Assembly (NCBI GenBank): GCA_913063525.1
Contig: CAJXYV010000001.1
Coordinates: 1-59,330 of the forward strand
Direction: 5' to 3'
Length of the DNA: 59,330 nt
Origin: an uncultured Verrucomicrobiota bacterium
GTDB taxonomy: Bacteria; Verrucomicrobiota; Verrucomicrobiia; Verrucomicrobiales; Akkermansiaceae
In this document: positions 29,260 to 38,962 of the stretch, piece by piece
Position numbering within the stretch: the stretch's first letter is position 1
Layout of the letters: every line of letters starts with the position of its first letter
The notes under the pieces: generated by a model
What the model was told of the DNA's origin: nothing
Databases searched by the model: none
What the model saw: only the letters and a program-made list of their open reading frames with translations
Program-made: the position numbers and the translations under genes

Positions 29260-30786
29260 ATGAATATCCCAAAACTATCCTTTGTAGAAAAAGCCGGGTA
29301 CAGTATGGCGGACGCCGCTGCGAACTTCGTTTTCATGACGATGATTCTTTTCCAGCTGAATTTTTACACTGATGTCTTCGGGTTGACGGCGAGCGCTGCT
29401 GCAGCCGTGCTTCTCTGGCCGCGCTTGTGGGACGCGGTTTTCGACCCGATCATGGGAATTCTCGCCGATCGAACGAATACCCGTTGGGGTAAATTCCGGC
29501 CGTGGATCCTGTGGACTGCCGTGCCGTTTTCGGCGATGATGATTTTGGCCTACACGACGCCGAAAGGCTGGAGTCTCGCCGCGCTGATGGGCTACGCGAT
29601 CGTCACCAACACGCTGCTGATGACGCTCTACTCGATGAACAACATGCCGTATTCCGCACTGGGCGGCGTCATGACGTCTGACCTGAACGAACGCGCACGG
29701 CTCAATTCATTCCGTTTTATCGCGGTGAATATTGCACAATTCATTGTCGGTGGATTCACCCTGCCACTAGTGGCGAAATTCGCCGAAGGACATGATCGCC
29801 AGTACGGATGGCAGATGACGATGACCATCTGGGCGGTCGTTTGCCTCGTTCTATTTTTGATCACTTTCTACACCTCGCGGGAACGCATCAAACCATTGGC
29901 CCAAGCACACTCGTCGCCGAAAGCGGACTTCAAGGACCTACTCAAGAACGGCCCGTGGAAAGTCATGGCGCTGATGACACTGGTGCATTTTGCGATTCTA
30001 TCATTCCGTGGTGGAGCACTTTACAATTACTACCACCAGTATGTGGACAAGGCAGCGATGTTTGATTTCCTTGAAAAATTAGGGCTCACGGGCTCCGCAC
30101 TGGTGGCGGGTGAGGCGAAACCGGGCGGCATTTTGGAGTTACTAGGCTATATCGTCCACGGCACCCGTGATCATCTGGCCGATTCGAACGTTGCAGACGT
30201 TTTCAATAGTATCGGCAATATGATCGGTACTCTAACGATGATCTTGGTCATCATGGGCTCGACCTCATTTGCCAAGCGCTTTGGCAAAAAAGCGGTCGCT
30301 TTAACAGGCTTTGCACTCTCCACGGTCGTAGCCTTCGCTTTTTTCTTACTCAAGCCCACCGATGTGAACGGCATGATCGCTCTAACCATCATTGGATCCA
30401 TGGTCTATGCGCCTACGGTGCCGCTCATTTGGGCAATTTTCGCCGATGTGGCGGATTATTCCGAACTGGTCACGGGCCGTCGCTTCACTGGGATGGTCTT
30501 TGCGACGATCGGATTCTGCCTCAAAGCGGGACTGGCGTTAGGCTCGGCATCATTTTTATGGGTCATGGAACTCGCGTTCCATTACGACACCAAGCTGCCG
30601 GCTACGCCTGATGCAGTCGCAGGCTATCGTGTAACGGCAAGCATCGTTGTCGGAATTATGTTCGCGATTTGCACCGGCCTGTTGGCGATCTACAAACTCA
30701 ACAAACGCGTAACCATTGAAATGGCGGACGAACTTGCTAACCGTCGAGCACAAGCGAATCACGCCTCATCCAGCGCAACTCCATGA
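29260..30786 (+). CDS. GPH-family (MFS) xyloside/oligosaccharide:cation symporter
   Basis: FYTDVFGL, RLWDAVFDPIMGILADRTNTRWGKFRPW, N.PYSAL, ADVADY. Confidence 0.9.
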   Translation: MNIPKLSFVEKAGYSMADAAANFVFMTMILFQLNFYTDVFGLTASAAAAVLLWPRLWDAVFDPIMGILADRTNTRWGKFRPWILWTAVPFSAMMILAYTTPKGWSLAALMGYAIVTNTLLMTLYSMNNMPYSALGGVMTSDLNERARLNSFRFIAVNIAQFIVGGFTLPLVAKFAEGHDRQYGWQMTMTIWAVVCLVLFLITFYTSRERIKPLAQAHSSPKADFKDLLKNGPWKVMALMTLVHFAILSFRGGALYNYYHQYVDKAAMFDFLEKLGLTGSALVAGEAKPGGILELLGYIVHGTRDHLADSNVADVFNSIGNMIGTLTMILVIMGSTSFAKRFGKKAVALTGFALSTVVAFAFFLLKPTDVNGMIALTIIGSMVYAPTVPLIWAIFADVADYSELVTGRRFTGMVFATIGFCLKAGLALGSASFLWVMELAFHYDTKLPATPDAVAGYRVTASIVVGIMFAICTGLLAIYKLNKRVTIEMADELANRRAQANHASSSATP

Positions 30787-30914
30787 AAATCCGCCGCTTG
30801 ATCTTTGCCGCCATATAGCTACTCATCATGACCGACTCCACCCCGGCAGAGACGTCGCTCAAAGAGTTACTCAAAGGTTAATTCCCGATCGGAGCGGCAC
30901 TGGATGATTTATAA
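30783..30914 (+). pseudogene. 5' remnant of a secreted GH10-like xylanase
   Basis: ATG overlaps the transporter stop (ATGA); reads MKIRRLIFAAI*LLIMTDSTPAETSLKELLKG*FPIGAALDDL*. Confidence 0.55.
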
Positions 30915-30942
30915 AAACCAGGTCTTTTCCCGACCATATTCA

Positions 30943-32154
30943 ATGACACGAATTATCCGCAATCATATCATTGTAGCCATACTCCTAGTTTCCGGGGCTG
31001 CAGAGGCGGCGGCGAAGCCGCGAAATCTATTCCACGAACTGCTGAATAAAAGCGAAGAAGAAACCTCGCGACGCATCGAAGCAGCGTGGCGTCAATTTCG
31101 GGAAGGCGACAAAAAAAACCAGCGTCTATTTTTCGAACAAGCGGATGGCACCGCCTACATTGCAGATGTAGGGAATGGCGACGTGCGGTCCGAAGGAATG
31201 TCGTATGGCATGATGATCTCCGTACAACTCGACCGACATGATGATTTTGATCAATTGTGGAAGTGGGTGCAACGACACATGCGTCATGCCGAGGGCCCAC
31301 GGCGCGGTTATTTCGCATGGCAGTGCACGTATGATGGGAAGCAGATCGATTCTGGCTCAGCAAGCGACGGTGAAGAATGGATCGCGATGGCACTCATGTT
31401 TGCTTCCCACCGCTGGGATACTTCAGAACATCGCCCCTATGGCGATGCAGCCAAAGAATTACTGACGGAAATGCGCACCAAGCCAACACAGGACGGCGTC
31501 ACATCAATTTTCGACAATGATAAATATCAGGTGGTCTTTGCGCCAAATCCAGTGGCCAATAAGCTAACCGACCCATCCTATCACCTTCCGGCATTTTACG
31601 AATTGTGGGCACAATGGGACAGCAGCGCGGATGGACGCAAATTTTGGGCAGCCTGCGCGAAAAAAAGCCGAGAGTTTTTCCGAAAAGCAGCACATTCGGA
31701 AACCGGCCTGATGCCCGAGTATTCGGAGTTCGATGGCAGCCCATATCGAGACACCCGCTTCGGCGAAGGAAAGGGAGATTTTCGATTCGATGCATGGCGC
31801 ACGCTTTCCAACGTGGCACTCGATTACGCATGGTGGCACGCCGACCCTTGGCAAGTAAAACAGAGCCACCGAGTGCTTCGCTTCCTCGCAACACAAAGCC
31901 CCAGTCCAGTCAACGAATACACACTGAGCGGTCGCCGACTCTCGGAATCACCCTCCTCCGGCCTGATCGCAATGGCGGCTACTGCAGGACTTGCGGCAGG
32001 CTCAGAACTGGCCACTCCCTTCGTACAACGTTTGTGGGACTCCCCCACCCCAGAGGGCAAGTGGAGGTATTATAACGGACTCATTCATATGCTTGGCCTC
32101 CTCCAAGCGGGAGGTCGATTCCAAGCGATTGATAAACCGACCCCAAAAGAATAA
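30943..32154 (+). CDS. GH8 xylanase / reducing-end xylose-releasing exo-oligoxylanase (Rex-like)
   Basis: DVRSEGMSYGMM, SASDGEEWIAMAL, TDPSYHLPAFYELWA, FRFDAWR; signal peptide. Confidence 0.9.
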   Translation: MTRIIRNHIIVAILLVSGAAEAAAKPRNLFHELLNKSEEETSRRIEAAWRQFREGDKKNQRLFFEQADGTAYIADVGNGDVRSEGMSYGMMISVQLDRHDDFDQLWKWVQRHMRHAEGPRRGYFAWQCTYDGKQIDSGSASDGEEWIAMALMFASHRWDTSEHRPYGDAAKELLTEMRTKPTQDGVTSIFDNDKYQVVFAPNPVANKLTDPSYHLPAFYELWAQWDSSADGRKFWAACAKKSREFFRKAAHSETGLMPEYSEFDGSPYRDTRFGEGKGDFRFDAWRTLSNVALDYAWWHADPWQVKQSHRVLRFLATQSPSPVNEYTLSGRRLSESPSSGLIAMAATAGLAAGSELATPFVQRLWDSPTPEGKWRYYNGLIHMLGLLQAGGRFQAIDKPTPKE

Positions 32155-32176
32155 AATTTGAATCGAAAAAACGACC

Positions 32177-34123
32177 ATGCGACTTCCTGTATTTTTCGCT
32201 GCTTTAACGCCGATGTTCGCCGCAGCCACACCCGCGAACGCACCCTTGCTTTCCCCAATTTTTGGCGAGCACATGGTCTTGCAACGCGGCCGCCCTAACA
32301 CTCTTTGGGGATGGGCAAAACCTGGAACCCATGTTGCTCTAGAAATCGCCGGACACCGTGCGCAAGGAACCTCCGGAAGCGATGGCCGCTGGCAAGCAAA
32401 CATCGATCCACCAGAGGCTGGCGGGCCCTACACATTAAAAATCGACGGCCCCAGTCATCTCGAACTCCAAGACGTCTTGGTGGGTGATGTCTGGTTGTGT
32501 GGTGGCCAGTCGAACATGGCAATGGGCTTGGCAGCAGCCCGCGATGGAGCCAACGAGGTGAGCCACTCCGAAAACCCTGGCCTCCGACTTTTTTACGTCC
32601 AGCAGAACCCTGCCTATACGAAGGCTGAGATAGCCTCCGGGGTGTGGCGAAAATGCGAACCTGCCAGCTTCGGAATGGATGGCGGATTTTCTGCAGTGGC
32701 CTATTATTTTGGACTCAAGATTCAGCAAGAAATCGGAGTGCCTGTCGGACTGATTCAAGATGCGGTCGGCGGATCTCCGGCCGAGTCGTGGATGAGCCCA
32801 GAAGCGCTGAAGCCGTTTCCAGAATTCAATCCCGCGTTGGAGGAAATTGCGCGTCTTAGCCACAGCGGCGGACCGGTTTATGGCAACTTCATCATGCACT
32901 GGTTCGATCAATACGATCGCGGAGTAAAAGAATTTTGGTCCAAGGCCGACCTGAACGATTCAGGCTGGATATTGACCTCACTGCGGGGCGGGTTCGCCGC
33001 GCTCGGAGTCGCCAAAACACCAGCGGTGGCATGGTTCCGCCGCGACATCGAACTGCCAGCCCAACTGCCCCATGGAGAAGCCAAGGTCTTGCTCGGGGTA
33101 GTGGAAAAAATGGATACCGTGTTCATCAATGGCAAATGGATCGGAGCCAGCTCATGGGTCGAGAACCCGCGCGCCTACACCATCCCAGCGGGTACACTTC
33201 AGCCTGGAAAGAACCAGGTCACCCTCCGTGTTCTCAAAATCAAAGAGAGCGGAGGATTCCTCACCCCGGCCGAAGACATGAAAATCAAACTTGGCGATGG
33301 TCAGACTATTCCGCTCGAAGGAGAATGGCACGCAGCCTTGGGTGCGGACGCTCGCCCACCCCATCCGCTACCTCTCAGCTATGATAACTATCCCACCATT
33401 CCAGCCACGCTGCATCTGGGAATGCTGAGCCCACTGTCGCCGCTTTCGATCCGCGGCGCCATCTGGTACCAAGGCGAGGCAAACACAAGCCACGCAGAGC
33501 AATACCGCAAACTGCTCCCCGCACTGATCGCTGACTGGCGCAAACTTTTCGCCCAACCGGAACTGCCGTTCTACATCGTCGGCCTACCGGCGTTTATGAA
33601 GCACCACGATCAGCCCGGTACCGACGGCTGGGCGGAACTCCGCCAGGCCCAGGCGATCACCGCTCACACGGTGCCACATACTGGGTTAGCAATCACCATC
33701 GATACCGGCGAGGCGGACAACATCCACCCACTCGAGAAAAAACCCGTCGGCGATCGCCTAGCACGGCTAGCCCTGCGCCATACATATGGGCGCGATATCC
33801 CCAGCGAGGGGCCGACCTACGAACGTGCTGTGCAGAACAGCGCCAGTCTGCGACTTCATTTCCGCTGCGCCCAAGGCGGGCTCATAGCAAAGAGTGGTCC
33901 ACCTGCGGAATTCGACATCGCGGGTGAGGACCGGGTCTGGCATCGCGCAGAAGTACGCATCGATGGCAACACGGTCATTGTTTCCTCAGAAGCGGTGCCT
34001 AATCCGATAGCCGCACGTTACGCATGGCAGTCGAATCCGATCGCTACACTTACCGATTCCACCGGATTGCCAGCAGCACCATTCCGCACCGATGACTGGC
34101 CGCTATCCAGTAACTCGAAATGA
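32177..34123 (+). CDS. Sialate O-acetylesterase (SASA)-family carbohydrate esterase
   Basis: HMVLQR, GDVWLCGGQSNM, IWYQGEAN, DNIHP.EK.PVG.RL, PAAPFRTD. Confidence 0.88.
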   Translation: MRLPVFFAALTPMFAAATPANAPLLSPIFGEHMVLQRGRPNTLWGWAKPGTHVALEIAGHRAQGTSGSDGRWQANIDPPEAGGPYTLKIDGPSHLELQDVLVGDVWLCGGQSNMAMGLAAARDGANEVSHSENPGLRLFYVQQNPAYTKAEIASGVWRKCEPASFGMDGGFSAVAYYFGLKIQQEIGVPVGLIQDAVGGSPAESWMSPEALKPFPEFNPALEEIARLSHSGGPVYGNFIMHWFDQYDRGVKEFWSKADLNDSGWILTSLRGGFAALGVAKTPAVAWFRRDIELPAQLPHGEAKVLLGVVEKMDTVFINGKWIGASSWVENPRAYTIPAGTLQPGKNQVTLRVLKIKESGGFLTPAEDMKIKLGDGQTIPLEGEWHAALGADARPPHPLPLSYDNYPTIPATLHLGMLSPLSPLSIRGAIWYQGEANTSHAEQYRKLLPALIADWRKLFAQPELPFYIVGLPAFMKHHDQPGTDGWAELRQAQAITAHTVPHTGLAITIDTGEADNIHPLEKKPVGDRLARLALRHTYGRDIPSEGPTYERAVQNSASLRLHFRCAQGGLIAKSGPPAEFDIAGEDRVWHRAEVRIDGNTVIVSSEAVPNPIAARYAWQSNPIATLTDSTGLPAAPFRTDDWPLSSNSK

Positions 34124-35817
34124 CAAACCCACCTATTCACGTGTCAACACTTCGATCACTCGTCATCACTGTGGCTCTTTTGGCTCCACTTGCCCAAATC
34201 AAGGCCACGCCGGTGTCCTTTAGTCACTTCGAATATAGCGGGCGCGACCTACTCCCCAGCAGCCCTCTCCCCGAAGGAAATTATCGCAATCCAATTCTAG
34301 CAGGCTTCTTCCCCGACCCCAGTGTCACCCGCGTAGGAGATGATTATTATTTGGTGAACTCCAGCTTCAGTTATTTTCCCGGGCTACCGATTTCCAAAAG
34401 CCGGGATCTAATGAACTGGCAGCACATCGGAAATGCAATTGATCGCCCCACCCAGATCGATTATACGGGCCTCGGCATTTCCCGCGGTTTGTTTGCTCCA
34501 TCGATAACACACCATAATGGTGTATTCTACATCGTCTGCACCATGATCGGCGGACATGGGAATTTCGTTATCACCGCCACCAATCCTGCAGGGCCTTGGT
34601 CGGATCCCGTCTATCTCAATTTCCCTGGTATCGATCCCTCACTTTTCTTTGACGACGATGGGCACGTCTGGCTCGTCCACAATGGCGATGCGCCGAATAA
34701 TAAACCGCTCTATGAAGGCCACCGCGCTGTCTGGTTGCGTCAATTTAATCCAACCAGCAAAAAAATGATCGGTGAGCCGATCATGTTAATTAATGGCGGA
34801 GTGGACATTTCAAAGAAACCCGTGTGGATCGAAGGTCCACACTTACTAAAACGCGATGGATGGTACTACCTCACCTGCGCCGAGGGCGGCACTGGCCCAC
34901 AACATTCGCAAGTTATCTTTCGCAGCCGAGCTGTCACTGGTCCGTTCGAGCCATGCAGCGGCAATCCGATCCTTACCCAACGCGGATTAGATGAAACGAT
35001 TCTCGGCGCGGTCACTTGCACCGGCCATGCAGACCTCGTGCAGTCCGCAAACGGCCAATGGTGGTCGGTATTCCTCGGTTGTCGCCCATTTCCAGACGGC
35101 GGACTGCTGACGGCGGGTCGCGAAACATTTCTTCTACCCGTGACTTGGACGGACGATGGCTGGCCGATGATCCTTCCTGCTGGCAAACGTGTCCCACTCA
35201 TCGTGCCCGAGCCATCGGCCACCACGCCAGCCAAAGAATCACCCTCACTAAACGGCGACTTCACATGGAGAGAGGAGTTCACCCACCCAACACTCGACGG
35301 ACTATGGCTCACCATACGTCAGCCCAGCACGGAACGGCCATGGAAATTAGATTCAGGCGATCTCCTACTCTCGCCGTTAGAGGATACACTTGATGGCGAC
35401 AAGCACCCAGCCTATCTATCGCGCCGCGTCCAGCATGGCCGCTTTCAAGCATCGACCAATCTCGAAATTCCTCAAGAACTCGGAGTCGATGCGGGTCTTG
35501 CTTTTTTCCAAACGGAGAAAAACCACTATTTTCTGGCCGTTCGCCGTACGACGACTGCCGCAGAAGTCATTGTCGAACTCGCCGACAGCGGTCATGCCGG
35601 CGTAATCTATCAGGCTGCGATTACGGATCATGGCTCCATCTCGTTGCGAATCTCAGCAGATGTCAACCAGGTTTCAATGAGCTGGTCGACTGACGGCAAC
35701 TCATGGGAATCGTTTGCCCCTCCCCAAGGCATCCGACCCGTCAGTGTCCAAGCCGCCGGTGGCGGGCTTCATTTCACGGGTGCCGTCATCGGCATGCACG
35801 CCCGAAGAAAACATTAA
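34120..35817 (+). CDS. GH43 beta-xylosidase / alpha-L-arabinofuranosidase, secreted
   Basis: NPILAGFFPDPS, IDPSLFFDDDG, WIEGPH, AEGGT, TGHADLV, GRETFL; C-terminal beta-sandwich. Confidence 0.92.
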   Translation: MTNPPIHVSTLRSLVITVALLAPLAQIKATPVSFSHFEYSGRDLLPSSPLPEGNYRNPILAGFFPDPSVTRVGDDYYLVNSSFSYFPGLPISKSRDLMNWQHIGNAIDRPTQIDYTGLGISRGLFAPSITHHNGVFYIVCTMIGGHGNFVITATNPAGPWSDPVYLNFPGIDPSLFFDDDGHVWLVHNGDAPNNKPLYEGHRAVWLRQFNPTSKKMIGEPIMLINGGVDISKKPVWIEGPHLLKRDGWYYLTCAEGGTGPQHSQVIFRSRAVTGPFEPCSGNPILTQRGLDETILGAVTCTGHADLVQSANGQWWSVFLGCRPFPDGGLLTAGRETFLLPVTWTDDGWPMILPAGKRVPLIVPEPSATTPAKESPSLNGDFTWREEFTHPTLDGLWLTIRQPSTERPWKLDSGDLLLSPLEDTLDGDKHPAYLSRRVQHGRFQASTNLEIPQELGVDAGLAFFQTEKNHYFLAVRRTTTAAEVIVELADSGHAGVIYQAAITDHGSISLRISADVNQVSMSWSTDGNSWESFAPPQGIRPVSVQAAGGGLHFTGAVIGMHARRKH

Positions 35818-35863
35818 CACTGCGGAAATTCGTTCCGCTTCATCGATCAACAAAAACTCAAAA

Positions 35864-38836
35864 ATGCACCTCTCGTTATTCACTGATCCTGCCTCGCCTC
35901 TCAGGACGATTCCCGCACTAATTCTATGCATCTTCTCGTTGAGTCTACCCGCCTATGGCGGATTGGGCATGGCAGAATCCATCGTCGCCGATTCAGCAAC
36001 GGGCAACTTTCCGCTAGTCACACAGGAAAAGGCGGCTCCCCTTTGGTATGATGCAGATGATTATCCCGGGGTTACCCGCGCCATCGACGACCTGCGCATA
36101 GACATCGGCCGTGTCACCTCGCGCGAGCCCGCCCTCAGCACCGCGCGCCCTAAGTCTAAAACGCCCGTCATCATCGGCACTCTCGGCAAGAGCCGCTTGA
36201 TCGATAGCCTAGTCAAAGCTGGAAAAATCCATGCCAGTCCTATCACAGGCATATGGGAATCCTTCATCATCACCACCGTCATGAACCCATGGCCTGGGAT
36301 TGATCAAGCGCTCGTCATTGTTGGCAGCGACAAGCGCGGGACGATTTACGGCATCTATGAAGTCTCCGAGCAGATCGGTGTATCGCCATGGTACTGGTGG
36401 GCAGACGTTCCCACACGTCACCGAGACACGATCACCATCAAAAAAGAAACCTACATCCAAGGACCACCTGCGGTGAAATACCGCGGCATTTTCATCAACG
36501 ATGAGGAACCCGCACTGGGCCCATGGGCACGAGAAAAATTCGGCGGAATCAATTCAAAAATGTATGTTCACATGTTCGAGCTGGTTCTGCGCCTGCGTGG
36601 CAACTACCTCTGGCCCGCGATGTGGGGTAAATCCTTTAACGAAGATGACCCGGAAAATCCGCGTCTGGCCGATGAATATGGAATCGTCATGGGAACCTCG
36701 CACCACGAACCAATGATCCGTGCCCAGCAGGAATGGACGAAGCGGAAGTCAGAAATCGGCAATGGCAAATGGAACTACCTTACGAACCAAAACGGTCTCG
36801 CGAAATTCTGGCGAGACGGTGTCGAGCGAAATGGAAAATACGACAACCTCATCACCATCGGCATGCGCGGCGATGGTGATGAGCCGATGGCCGAAGATGG
36901 TAACATGAAAGCCAATATCGACCTCTTAGAACGCATCGTTGCCGACCAGCGGAAAATGATCACCGAAACGGTCAACCCGGAAATCACCAAGACACCACAA
37001 CTCTGGGCATTATACAAGGAGGTCGCTGACTACTACGCTCATGGGATGAAGGTTCCTGACGATATCTCGCTCCTATGGTGCGATGACAACTGGGGCAATC
37101 TCCGCCGCGTACCGACCGCGACCGAGCGCAATCGCTCAGGCGGTGCGGGGATTTATTACCATTTCGATTATGTCGGCAGTCCGCGTTCATACAAATGGAT
37201 AAACACCAACCCTCTGCCTAAAGTTTGGGAACAGATGAACCTTGCCTACGATTACGGTGCCAATCGCATCTGGATCGTCAATGTTGGGGACCTCAAACCC
37301 ATGGAGCTACCCATCGAATTTTTCCTACGCATGGCATGGAATCCCAAGGCGATAACCAAGGAAAACATCGACGGTTTTACCCACCGCTGGGCAGAACGCG
37401 AATTTGGAAATGAACACGCAGCCGCGATTGCCGACATCGTTTCAAAATACGCCAAATTCAACGGCTGGCGCAAACCCGAACTCCTTGAACCCAGCACCTT
37501 TAGTTCCGTGAACTATCAGGAGGCAGAACGCGTCTTAGCCGCTTGGCAGTCCATCACACACGATGCCGAGAATATTTACGCCCAACTGACGCCCGAATTT
37601 CACGACGCATTCTATCAGCTTGTGCTTTATCCCACCAAGGCCTCCGCAACCGTCACCCGCCTATATATCGAGGCCGGCAGAAATCAACTCTATGCAGCCC
37701 AAGGACGCAACAGCGCCAATGATCACGCAGAACGCGCGCGAGAACTATTCAAGCAGGATGACGAGTTATCAAAAGCTTATCACCAGATATCGGGTGGTAA
37801 GTGGAACCACATGATGGATCAAACACATATCGGCTATACCAGTTGGAAGGATCCCCAAACCAACATCCTGCCTAAACTCACCGAGGTAAAACCCAGTCCC
37901 GAAACGTCTCTTTGCTTCGCAATCGAGGGATCGGATACCGCATGGCCCGGCAATACCATGGCACCTGAGCTGCCTGCTTTCGACTCGCTCAATCAACAAC
38001 ATCGTTGGATCGATATCTTCAAACGGGGAGACCAGAACTACGAATTCACCGCATCTGCCGATCAGCCATGGGTGATTTTGACTGCCACCTCTGGCACCGT
38101 GGACAAAGACGTTCGGGTGTTTGCAAGTGTAGATTGGAATCAAGTACCTATAGGCTCTCATCGTGCCGTCATCACGATTTCACGGACTGATGGTGAACAT
38201 GCAGGTATCCAGATGACCGCTATCCGCTCCGACCAATTCACGCGCGAAAACGTTCATGCTTACGGCGGATTGACTGGGCCGACAGCAATCTCCGCAGACA
38301 GCGCTACAAAAAACATCGCTGCTGATGGCGTCCGGTGGGAACAAATTCCTGACTATGGCCGTGGCCGCTCCGGCATGAGTCCATTCCCAACGACTGCCGC
38401 AAGTGTCACTCCACCTATTCATTCGGCAGCATTGGAATACCCAGTCTTTATCGCCACGCCCGGAGAAATTCATGTCGATTTAATCACCGGGCCAACGCTA
38501 AACGTCTTGCCAGACCGCGGTGTTCGCATCGGGGTTTCATTTGATAATCAGCCCCCCCAAATCATCGATGCATTTACGGATCAATCCTACGCGGATCCTT
38601 CAAAGCGCCCCGACTTATCCTCCCCCCCAATCAAAGACTGGCATAAATGGGTAACCGACAATGCCCGCACCCTGAAATCAACCCATCAGATCCCAGGAAC
38701 AGGCATTCACACTCTAAAAGTATGGATGGTCGATCCTGGCGTTGTTTTAGAAACGCTTATCATCCACGACGGCAACCTTCCAACAAGTTATTTTGGGCCA
38801 CCTGAGGCTGCTCTTCTAAACTCTACCACCCGCTAA
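35864..38836 (+). CDS. GH115 xylan alpha-1,2-glucuronidase
   Basis: GSDKRGTIYG, GVSPWYWWAD, KYRGIFINDE, NYLWPAMW, GTSHHEPM, GMRGDGD, DDNWGN, YYHFDYVG. Confidence 0.93.
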   Translation: MHLSLFTDPASPLRTIPALILCIFSLSLPAYGGLGMAESIVADSATGNFPLVTQEKAAPLWYDADDYPGVTRAIDDLRIDIGRVTSREPALSTARPKSKTPVIIGTLGKSRLIDSLVKAGKIHASPITGIWESFIITTVMNPWPGIDQALVIVGSDKRGTIYGIYEVSEQIGVSPWYWWADVPTRHRDTITIKKETYIQGPPAVKYRGIFINDEEPALGPWAREKFGGINSKMYVHMFELVLRLRGNYLWPAMWGKSFNEDDPENPRLADEYGIVMGTSHHEPMIRAQQEWTKRKSEIGNGKWNYLTNQNGLAKFWRDGVERNGKYDNLITIGMRGDGDEPMAEDGNMKANIDLLERIVADQRKMITETVNPEITKTPQLWALYKEVADYYAHGMKVPDDISLLWCDDNWGNLRRVPTATERNRSGGAGIYYHFDYVGSPRSYKWINTNPLPKVWEQMNLAYDYGANRIWIVNVGDLKPMELPIEFFLRMAWNPKAITKENIDGFTHRWAEREFGNEHAAAIADIVSKYAKFNGWRKPELLEPSTFSSVNYQEAERVLAAWQSITHDAENIYAQLTPEFHDAFYQLVLYPTKASATVTRLYIEAGRNQLYAAQGRNSANDHAERARELFKQDDELSKAYHQISGGKWNHMMDQTHIGYTSWKDPQTNILPKLTEVKPSPETSLCFAIEGSDTAWPGNTMAPELPAFDSLNQQHRWIDIFKRGDQNYEFTASADQPWVILTATSGTVDKDVRVFASVDWNQVPIGSHRAVITISRTDGEHAGIQMTAIRSDQFTRENVHAYGGLTGPTAISADSATKNIAADGVRWEQIPDYGRGRSGMSPFPTTAASVTPPIHSAALEYPVFIATPGEIHVDLITGPTLNVLPDRGVRIGVSFDNQPPQIIDAFTDQSYADPSKRPDLSSPPIKDWHKWVTDNARTLKSTHQIPGTGIHTLKVWMVDPGVVLETLIIHDGNLPTSYFGPPEAALLNSTTR

Positions 38837-38962
38837 TCAGCGTAAGCGTCCTCAATTCATCCCGTGCGACGTCGGCCGATGGGGAAGCGAATCAAGCCAC
38901 ATTTTCGCTCACTGCCCGCATTCGTCAGTAATACCAGGCTTGGTCTGAAGCGCAGTGAAAAT

